Part shown: in pieces, positions 56,943-64,000 of the stretch
How the letters are laid out: each line of letters starts with the position of its first letter
How positions within the stretch are numbered: the stretch's first letter is position 1
Origin: an uncultured Armatimonadetes bacterium
GTDB taxonomy: Bacteria > Armatimonadota > Hebobacteria > Hebobacterales > Hebobacteraceae
Assembly: GCA_963716175.1 (NCBI GenBank)
Contig: OY970296.1
Coordinates: 1,504,001-1,568,000 of the forward strand
Length of the DNA stretch: 64,000 nucleotides
Direction of reading: 5' to 3'
Made by a program: the position numbers and the translations under genes
Notes under the pieces: generated by a model
What the model saw: only the letters and a program-made list of their open reading frames with translations
The model's database searches: none
Told to the model about the DNA's origin: nothing

Positions 56943-57413
56943 ATGCCGAGGAAGGGGCCGGTCACAAGACGGATACCGCCGCCGGACCTGGTGTACGGGA
57001 GCCGGCTGGTGACTAGGCTGATCAACCAGGTGATGCGCCGCGGCAAGAAGAGTGCGGCGGAGCGGGTGGTCTACGGCGCGCTGGCGGAGATGTACCGGCG
57101 CAGTAGCAAGGACCCGCTGGAGCTGTTCGAGCAGGCGCTGCGGAACGTGATGCCCACGCTGGAGGTGAGGCCTCGCAGGGTGGGCGGCGCCACCTACCAG
57201 GTGCCGATGGAGGTGCGGCCGACGCGGCGGCTGGCGCTGGGCTTGCGGTGGATGGTGACCAGCGCCCGGGCGCGACACGCCCGGAGCATGGGGGAGAAGC
57301 TGGCGGCAGAGCTGCTGGAGGCGGCCTCGGGACAAGGGGCTGCGGTAAAAAAGCGAGAGGATACCCACAGGATGGCGGAAGCCAACCGGGCCTTCGCTCA
57401 TTATAGGTGGTAG
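56943..57413 (+). CDS. rpsG: 30S ribosomal protein S7
   Basis: [24 protein letters not shown]. Confidence 0.97.
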   Translation: MPRKGPVTRRIPPPDLVYGSRLVTRLINQVMRRGKKSAAERVVYGALAEMYRRSSKDPLELFEQALRNVMPTLEVRPRRVGGATYQVPMEVRPTRRLALGLRWMVTSARARHARSMGEKLAAELLEAASGQGAAVKKREDTHRMAEANRAFAHYRW

Positions 57414-57596
57414 CTCGGGAGCGTCCACCTGCGCTCGTCCCGGATCTTCTGGGGCGAGCTACGGTGGATGGGCAGGGAGCCGCAGGCCATCGACGGCCCG
57501 GGGTCGCCCTGCGCAGGTCGGGAGGGCGCCCGCGGGCGGGCAGCCGCAAAGTCTCTGCCGGCTTCTGAGCCGCTGCCGAGAACAAGTCGATGACCT

Positions 57597-59687
57597 ATGG
57601 CGCGCGAGTTTTCGCTCGACAAGACGCGTAATATTGGCATTGCCGCGCACATCGATGCCGGCAAGACCACCACCACGGAACGCATCCTGTTCTACACCGG
57701 GCGCGTCCACCGCATGGGGGAGGTGGACGAGGGCGCGGCCACCATGGACTGGATGGCCCAGGAACAGGAGCGCGGGATCACCATCACCGCGGCCGCCACC
57801 ACCTGTTTCTGGCGCGAGCATCGCATCAACATCATAGACACCCCGGGGCATGTGGACTTCACGGTGGAGGTGGAGCGGTCGCTGCGAGTGCTGGACGGGG
57901 TGGTTGCCCTCTTCTGCGGGGTAGCGGGGGTGCAACCTCAGTCGGAGACGGTGTGGCGGCAGGCCAATAAGTACGGCGTGCCGCGCATCGCGTATGTGAA
58001 CAAGATGGACCGCACCGGGGCGGATTTCCACCGGGTGGTCCATGCCCTGCGGGAGAGGTTGGGGTGCCGGGCGGTGGCGGTGCAACTGCCCCTGGGGCAG
58101 GAGGCGGACTTCGCCGGGGTGGTGGACCTGATCCGGATGAAGGCGATCGTCTATCTGGACGAGCATGGGCGGGAGTTTCGCGAGGACCCCATCCCGGAGC
58201 CGATGCTGCCGCTGGCGCGCCGGTTCCGGGAGGCGATGGTGGAGGCGGCGGCGGAGACGGACGAAGAGTTGATGCAGAAATACGTGACCGGGGAGGAGCT
58301 GAGCGAGGAGGAGATCCGCGCGGGGCTGCGGCGGGGCACGATTCGCTATCGCATGGTGCCGGTGCTGTGCGGGGCCTCCTACCGGAACAAGGGGGTGCAG
58401 CCGGTGCTGGACGCGGTGGTGGACTACCTGCCCTCTCCTCTGGAAGTGCCCCCGGTGCAGGGGAAGAACCCGGCGACGGGCGAGATGGTGGCGCGGAGGG
58501 CGGACGACCAGGAGCCCCTGGCGGCGCTGGCGTTCAAGGTGCAGGTGGACCGGAACGTGGGGCAGTTGGTCTACCTGCGGGTTTACGCCGGGCGCATCGC
58601 GCGCGGGGCCACTGTCTATAACTCGACCAAGCAGGCGACCCAGCGGGTGGGCCGCCTGCTGCGCATGCACGCCAACCGGAGGGAGCACCTGCAGGAAGCG
58701 CTGGTCGGCGACATCGTGGCCGCGGTGGGCCTGGACAAGACGACCACCGGGGACACGCTGTGCGAGGAGGCGGCGCCGATCCTGCTGGAGACCATCCAGT
58801 TCCCGGACCCGGTGATCTCGGTGGCGATGGAGCCGGAGACGCGGCCGGAGGAGATCAAGCTGATGGAGGCGCTGGCGGCGCTGTCGGGGGAGGACCCCAC
58901 CTTCCGGTTCAAGACTGATCCCGACAGCGGCCAGATCATCGTGTCTGGGATGGGGGAGCTGCACCTGGAGATCGTGACCGACCGGCTGCGGCGGGAGTTC
59001 CAGGTGCGGGCCCACGTGGGCCGGCCCCAGGTGGCCTATCGGGAGACGGTCCGCCGAGCGGCCACTGCGGAGGGCAGCTATATCCGCCAGACCGGCGGCC
59101 GGGGGCAGTTCGGCCGGGTGGTGCTGGAGGTGGGGCCGCGGGAGACGGGAGCGGGGGTGAGCTTCGAGGACGGGACCAAGGGTGGGGTGATCCCGCGTGA
59201 GTTCATGTCGGCGGTGGAGGACGGGGTGCGGGAGGCCTGCCTCAGCGGGGTGCTGGGGGGCTATCCCATGGTGGACATCGCGGTGCGGGTGGTAGGGGGA
59301 GCGGCGCACGAGGTGGATTCCTCGGACATGGCGTTCAAGCTGGCGGCCTCGGAGGCGCTGCGGGAGGCGGTGCGGCGGGCGCAGCCGGTGCTGCTGGAGC
59401 CGGTGATGCGGCTGGAGGTGGTGTGCGCGGAGGACCGGATGGGTGATGTGCTGAGCGACCTGAACGCGCGGCGGGCGCACGTCACCGGCATTGCGGCCTC
59501 CCCTGGCGGCACGGAGACCATTGCTGCGCTGGTGCCGCTGGCCACCACTTTTGGGTATGCCACCGCGCTGCGCAACCTGACCCAGGGCCGCGGCACTTAC
59601 ACCATGGAGCCCTCCCATTACGCGGAGGTGCCGGAGAGCATCGCCCGGAGCGTGATCCCGGGCGAGACTACCGTCAGGGTGGCCTGA
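57597..59687 (+). CDS. fusA: Elongation factor G
   Basis: [28 protein letters not shown]. Confidence 0.97.
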   Translation: MAREFSLDKTRNIGIAAHIDAGKTTTTERILFYTGRVHRMGEVDEGAATMDWMAQEQERGITITAAATTCFWREHRINIIDTPGHVDFTVEVERSLRVLDGVVALFCGVAGVQPQSETVWRQANKYGVPRIAYVNKMDRTGADFHRVVHALRERLGCRAVAVQLPLGQEADFAGVVDLIRMKAIVYLDEHGREFREDPIPEPMLPLARRFREAMVEAAAETDEELMQKYVTGEELSEEEIRAGLRRGTIRYRMVPVLCGASYRNKGVQPVLDAVVDYLPSPLEVPPVQGKNPATGEMVARRADDQEPLAALAFKVQVDRNVGQLVYLRVYAGRIARGATVYNSTKQATQRVGRLLRMHANRREHLQEALVGDIVAAVGLDKTTTGDTLCEEAAPILLETIQFPDPVISVAMEPETRPEEIKLMEALAALSGEDPTFRFKTDPDSGQIIVSGMGELHLEIVTDRLRREFQVRAHVGRPQVAYRETVRRAATAEGSYIRQTGGRGQFGRVVLEVGPRETGAGVSFEDGTKGGVIPREFMSAVEDGVREACLSGVLGGYPMVDIAVRVVGGAAHEVDSSDMAFKLAASEALREAVRRAQPVLLEPVMRLEVVCAEDRMGDVLSDLNARRAHVTGIAASPGGTETIAALVPLATTFGYATALRNLTQGRGTYTMEPSHYAEVPESIARSVIPGETTVRVA

Positions 59688-59716
59688 CAGGGAAACCCAA
59701 CAGGGAGCAAGAGACG

Positions 59717-60919
59717 ATGGGCAAGGCTAAGTTCCAGCGCACCAAGCCGCATGTGAATGTGGGCACCATCGGGCACGTGGACCACGGCAAGACCACGCTG
59801 ACCTCGGCGATCACCTACACCTTGGCGAAGGTGGGGTTGGCGAAGCCCTTGGATTATGGGCAGATTGACTCGGCGCCGGAGGAGAAGGAGCGGGGGTTGA
59901 CCATCCAGATTTTCCACGCCGAGTACGAGACGGAGAAGCGCCACTATGCGCACGTGGACTGCCCGGGGCATGCGGACTACATCAAGAACATGATCACCGG
60001 GGCGGCGCAGATGGATGGGGCGATATTGGTGGTGTCGGCGGCGGATGGGCCCATGCCCCAGACCCGGGAGCACATTCTTCTGGCGCGGCAGGTGAACGTG
60101 CCATCCATCGTGGTGTTTCTGAACAAGGTGGACATGCTGGACGACCCGGAGCTGTTGGAGCTGGTGGAGATCGAGGTGCGGGACTTGTTGAGCAAGTACG
60201 AGTTCCCGGGGGACGAGATCCCGGTGATCTCGGGGAGTGCCACCAAGGTATTGGAGTGCGGGTGTGGGCAGCGGGAGTGCCAGTGGTGCGGGGCGATTTG
60301 GAAGCTGATGGATGCGGTGGACAATTACATTCCCACCCCGGAGCGGCCCATAGACCAGCCCTTCCTGTTGGCGATCGAGGATGTGTTCACCATCACGGGG
60401 CGGGGGACGGTGGTGACGGGGAGAGTGGAGCGGGGGCTGGTGAAGGTGGGGGACGAGGTGGAGATGGTGGGGTTGCACCCGGAGTCCCGGCGGACGGTGG
60501 CGACGGGGGTGGAGATGTTCCGGAAGCTGTTGGACCAGGGGCAGGCGGGGGACAACATCGGGGTATTGCTGCGGGGGATAGACCGCAAGGAGGTGGAGCG
60601 AGGGATGGTGTTGGCGAAGCCCGGGTCCATCACCCCGCACACCAAGTTCGAGAGCCAGGTGTACGTGCTGAGTCAGGCGGAGGGGGGCCGGCACAAGGCG
60701 TTTTTCCCGGGATATCGGCCCCAGTTCTACTTTCGCACCACGGACGTGACCGGGGTGATCCAGCTGCCGGAGGGGCGGGAGATGGTGATGCCTGGGGACA
60801 ACGTGATCATGACCGTGGAGCTGATCCAGCCCATCGCCATGGAGGAGGGGTTGCGGTTCGCCATCCGGGAGGGGGGCCGCACCGTGGGTGCGGGGGTGGT
60901 GGCGAAGGTGGTGCAGTAG
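59717..60919 (+). CDS. tuf: Elongation factor Tu
   Basis: [30 protein letters not shown]. Confidence 0.98.
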   Translation: MGKAKFQRTKPHVNVGTIGHVDHGKTTLTSAITYTLAKVGLAKPLDYGQIDSAPEEKERGLTIQIFHAEYETEKRHYAHVDCPGHADYIKNMITGAAQMDGAILVVSAADGPMPQTREHILLARQVNVPSIVVFLNKVDMLDDPELLELVEIEVRDLLSKYEFPGDEIPVISGSATKVLECGCGQRECQWCGAIWKLMDAVDNYIPTPERPIDQPFLLAIEDVFTITGRGTVVTGRVERGLVKVGDEVEMVGLHPESRRTVATGVEMFRKLLDQGQAGDNIGVLLRGIDRKEVERGMVLAKPGSITPHTKFESQVYVLSQAEGGRHKAFFPGYRPQFYFRTTDVTGVIQLPEGREMVMPGDNVIMTVELIQPIAMEEGLRFAIREGGRTVGAGVVAKVVQ

Positions 60920-60979
60920 GGCAGGCCTGCGGCCTGCCCGCTGCAGGAGGCAGCGAAGTGTCAATGGAGAGAGCCGTAG

Positions 60980-61309
60980 ATGCGGAGAGCTGAGCGACGC
61001 GGTCCCGGGGAGCGGATTCGCATCCGCCTGAAGGCCTTTGACCACCGGGTGCTGGACCAATCGGCGATGCGGATCGTGGACACTGCGCGCCGCACCGGGG
61101 CGCGGATCGCGGGGCCCATCCCGCTGCCCACAGAGATCAACCGCTTCTGCGTCATCCGGTCTCCTTTCATTGACAAGGAGTCCATGGAGCATTTCGAGAT
61201 GCGCACCCACAAGCGCCTGATTGACATACTGGAGCCGAGCCCCGAGACGATCAACGCGCTGATGCGGATCGATCTGCCGGGCGGGGTGGATATCGAGATC
61301 AAGCTGTAG
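60980..61309 (+). CDS. rpsJ: 30S ribosomal protein S10
   Basis: [25 protein letters not shown]. Confidence 0.97.
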   Translation: MRRAERRGPGERIRIRLKAFDHRVLDQSAMRIVDTARRTGARIAGPIPLPTEINRFCVIRSPFIDKESMEHFEMRTHKRLIDILEPSPETINALMRIDLPGGVDIEIKL

Positions 61310-61433
61310 GTGGGCTGCGGGGCAGGTCGCGGACCCTTCGGCTCCGCTCAGGGCAGGCCTGCCCGACCGGGAACTGCGGGCAGGAGACAGGGTCCTGCCC
61401 CACGAGTGAGATCGGGAGAGCAGAGGAACTGGG

Positions 61434-62111
61434 TTGAGGTCAGTGCAGAAGGCCCTGCTGGGCCGGAAAATGGGGATGACGCAGATCTTCGCCGAGGACG
61501 GCCAGGCGGTGGCCGTGACCGTGATCGCGGCTGGCCCCTGCCACGTGGTGCAGCGGAAGAGCGCGGGCAAGGAAGGCTACGACGCGCTGCAGCTGGGCTA
61601 CGAGGAGGTGCCGGCGAAGCGCTTGAACCAGCCGCGGGCGGGGCATTTCCGCCGGGCCGGGGAGAAGGCGAAGGTGGAGATCCCGACCTGCCGCCACCTG
61701 GTGGAGGTGCGTTTCGCGGACTGCGAGGCCTACCCGGTGGGGGCGAAGATCGGGGCGGAGATCTTCGAGGTGGGGGAGACGGTGGACGTGACCGCCACCT
61801 CCAAGGGCAAGGGCTTCGCGGGGGTGCACAAGCGGCACCACTTCAGCGGCGGGCCCGGCAGCCATGGCTCGATGTCACATCGGCGCCCCGGCTCTGGTGG
61901 GGCCACCGACGCGGCGAGGGTGTTCAAGGGGACCAAGAAGCCAGGGCACATGGGTAACGTGCGCACCACCGTGAAGGGGGTGCGGGTGCAACTGGTGGAT
62001 GCGGAAAAGGGGCTGGTGGCGGTGGCGGGGTCGGTGCCCGGTCCCACGGGAGCGCTGGTGGTGGTGAGCCGGCGGGTGCCGGCCGGGAAGGCCGGCGGAG
62101 GGGCCAAGTGA
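61434..62111 (+). CDS. rplC: 50S ribosomal protein L3
   Basis: LGRKMGMTQ, SKGKGF, HGS, PGHMG. Confidence 0.95.
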   Translation: MRSVQKALLGRKMGMTQIFAEDGQAVAVTVIAAGPCHVVQRKSAGKEGYDALQLGYEEVPAKRLNQPRAGHFRRAGEKAKVEIPTCRHLVEVRFADCEAYPVGAKIGAEIFEVGETVDVTATSKGKGFAGVHKRHHFSGGPGSHGSMSHRRPGSGGATDAARVFKGTKKPGHMGNVRTTVKGVRVQLVDAEKGLVAVAGSVPGPTGALVVVSRRVPAGKAGGGAK

Positions 62112-62731
62112 TGAAGCTTCCGGTCTATGACATCAGCGGGGCTCAGACCGGGGAGGTGGAGGTGGCGGCGGCCCTTTTCGGCGAGAGGCCGAAGCCAGCG
62201 CTGCTGCATCAGGTGGTGGTGGCGGAACTGGCGGCGCGGCGGCACGGCACGGCGCACACCAAACGGCGGGGCGAAGTGGCCGGCAGCGGCCGCAAGCTGT
62301 GGCGGCAGAAGGGCACGGGCCGGGCGCGCGTGGGGGATCGGCGGCCACCCCATCGGGTGGGCGGCGGCCGGGCGACCGGGCCCCGGATGCGGTCCTATCG
62401 CCAGCGCACGGCGAAGGCGCTGAAGGCGGAGGGTCTGCTGTCAGCGCTGGGGGCGCGGGCGGCGGCGGGCGAGATCCTGCTGCTGGCGCCGTTCGAGCTG
62501 GCGGAGGCGAAGACCAGAGAGCTGAATGGGATTCTGTCCGCGCTCGGCGGGGCGGCGGGGGCGCTGTTGCTGCTGGGCCAGCCGAGCGAGGTCATCGTGC
62601 GGTGCGGCCGGAACCTGCCGGGGCTGCAAGTGAGGGATGCGGCGCGGGTGAGCGCGTACGATCTGCTGGTGGCGCGAAGGGTGATCATCACTACCGATGC
62701 GCTGGCGCAACTGGAGGCGCGGGTGGCATGA
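62108..62731 (+). CDS. rplD: 50S ribosomal protein L4
   Basis: [24 protein letters not shown]. Confidence 0.95.
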   Translation: MMKLPVYDISGAQTGEVEVAAALFGERPKPALLHQVVVAELAARRHGTAHTKRRGEVAGSGRKLWRQKGTGRARVGDRRPPHRVGGGRATGPRMRSYRQRTAKALKAEGLLSALGARAAAGEILLLAPFELAEAKTRELNGILSALGGAAGALLLLGQPSEVIVRCGRNLPGLQVRDAARVSAYDLLVARRVIITTDALAQLEARVA

Positions 62732-63036
62732 GAGACCCCAGGCAGATCCTGATCCGGCCCATCCTGACGGAGAAGAGCGTGGCTCAGACCGGGCGGCGCA
62801 AGTACACCTTCGAGGTGGCGAAGGTCGCCACCAAGGTGGAGATCCGCCACGCGGTGGAGCGGCTGTTTTCCGGCACCCGGGTGGCGGCGGTCAACACCAT
62901 CACTCTGCACGGCAAGGGAAGGCGGCTGGGGGGATACCGGCGGCGCGCGGCGCGCACCGAGGGCCGCACCTCCGCTTGGAAGAAGGCGATCGTGACCCTG
63001 AGCGAGGGCACCATCCCGGCATTCGAGGGCCTGTAG
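62728..63036 (+). CDS. rplW: 50S ribosomal protein L23
   Basis: [21 protein letters not shown]. Confidence 0.95.
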   Translation: MRDPRQILIRPILTEKSVAQTGRRKYTFEVAKVATKVEIRHAVERLFSGTRVAAVNTITLHGKGRRLGGYRRRAARTEGRTSAWKKAIVTLSEGTIPAFEGL

Positions 63037-63059
63037 CGGTCGAGGTCCAGGAGTCCAAG

Positions 63060-63920
63060 GTGGCGATCAAAGGATACAAACCATTCACACCCAGCCGCCG
63101 GTTCATGACGCGGGCGGAGCGGGGCCAGCTGTCAGCGGCGGGGCCGGAGAAAGGGCTGCTGAAGCCGCTGCACCGCACCGGGGCGCGGGACAACACCGGC
63201 CAGGTGAGCCTGCGGTTCCGGGGCGGGGGCCACAAGCGGCGCTATCGGGTGATAGACTTCCGGCGAGAGAAGGACATGGTGCCGGCGCGGGTGGCGAGCC
63301 TGGAGTACGACCCGAACCGCTCGGCGCACATTGCGCTGCTGCACTATGCGGATGGGGAGAAGCGCTACATTCTGGCTCCGGCTGGGCTGGAGGTGGGTGA
63401 CGTGGTGATGTCCGGGACCACCATGGGGGCCCAGGCGCGCAGCGGGGAGACGCTGGAGGTGCGGCCGGGGCACGCGCTGCCTCTGCAGGGGATCCCGGTG
63501 GGGACAGTGGTGCACAATATCGAGCTGCGGCCGGGGCGAGGGGGGCAGTTGTGCCGGAGCGCGGGGATCGGTGCGCAGTTGCTGGCGAAGGAGGGGAAGT
63601 TCGCCACCCTGCGCCTGCCCTCGGGCGAGATGAGGATGGTCTACATCGGGTGCCGGGCGACGGTGGGCCAGGTGGGGAATGCGGATCACAGCAACATCAA
63701 GCTGGGGAAGGCGGGGCGCAAGCGGTGGATGGGCAAGAAGCCGCATGTGCGGGGGGTGGTGATGAGCCCGCGGGATCATCCCCATGGGGGCGGAGAGGGC
63801 AAGAGCCCGATAGGCCGCAAGAGCCCGGTGAGCCCGACGGGGAAGCCGACTCTGGGCCGGAAGACGCGGGGTCGGAAAGCGAGCGATAGGATGATCGTGC
63901 GCCGGCGGGGCGCGAAGTGA
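63060..63920 (+). CDS. rplB: 50S ribosomal protein L2
   Basis: [26 protein letters not shown]. Confidence 0.97.
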   Translation: MAIKGYKPFTPSRRFMTRAERGQLSAAGPEKGLLKPLHRTGARDNTGQVSLRFRGGGHKRRYRVIDFRREKDMVPARVASLEYDPNRSAHIALLHYADGEKRYILAPAGLEVGDVVMSGTTMGAQARSGETLEVRPGHALPLQGIPVGTVVHNIELRPGRGGQLCRSAGIGAQLLAKEGKFATLRLPSGEMRMVYIGCRATVGQVGNADHSNIKLGKAGRKRWMGKKPHVRGVVMSPRDHPHGGGEGKSPIGRKSPVSPTGKPTLGRKTRGRKASDRMIVRRRGAK

Positions 63921-63928
63921 GGTAGCGG

Positions 63929-64000
63929 ATGGCGAGATCGCTGAAGAAGGGTCCCTACGTCCACCCGAAGCTGATGAAGAAGATCGAGCGGATGAACGCG
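63929..64000 (+). CDS. rpsS: 30S ribosomal protein S19 (partial)
   Basis: MARSLKKGPYV. Confidence 0.9.
   Translation, partial: MARSLKKGPYVHPKLMKKIERMNA

Noticed and set aside
60250-60292. [11 protein letters not shown] insert in EF-Tu, and the S12 N-terminal insert, as novelties
   Set aside because: Both are lineage-type indels already seen in other bacteria; useful for taxonomy only
57459-61570. Long antisense ORFs (719 aa, 650 aa and similar elsewhere)
   Set aside because: Shadow frames of high-GC genes (fusA, tuf and others) with no motifs

Overview
High-GC bacterial chromosome window, probably diderm (kdsA/B/C present). A T-box riboswitch, an S12 insertion and a copper-amine-oxidase-type stalk domain suggest a Terrabacteria diderm such as Armatimonadota; this is inference only. 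There are three parts. (1) 1-~18.4 kb is a foreign, REP-free island. Its satellite/PICI-like core (excisionase-HTH, DnaB_N-AAA_25 helicase, iteron array, TerS-like gene) is flanked by two oppositely oriented Type III R-M modules. The left one is a res remnant, DUF262/GmrSD and a mod start. The right one is an intact res, a PD-(D/E)XK-like passenger and a frameshifted mod. The island ends with a two-gene nitrilase + (middle-component-fused) SMC/Rad50 ABC-3C/Lamassu-like system. (2) ~19.6-32.4 kb is an intact, host-like, capsid-less and sheath-less phage tail operon: GT4-GT2 glycosyltransferase, adaptor, terminator, tube, chaperone with a -1 slippery site, very short tape measure, large hub/FN3 protein, spike/fibre, holin and M15 endolysin. 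This candidate domesticated tailocin/GTA-type particle is the most striking feature. (3) 32.5-64 kb is housekeeping: queE, paaK, GH20, radical SAM-methyltransferase-DUF5714, araD-like, parAB with parS, T-box-pheS-MTase-pheT, purN, kdsB-comF-dprA-kdsA-kdsC and the str/S10 ribosomal operon. Several REP-like palindrome families are dense in host DNA and have invaded coding sequences and the T-box leader.
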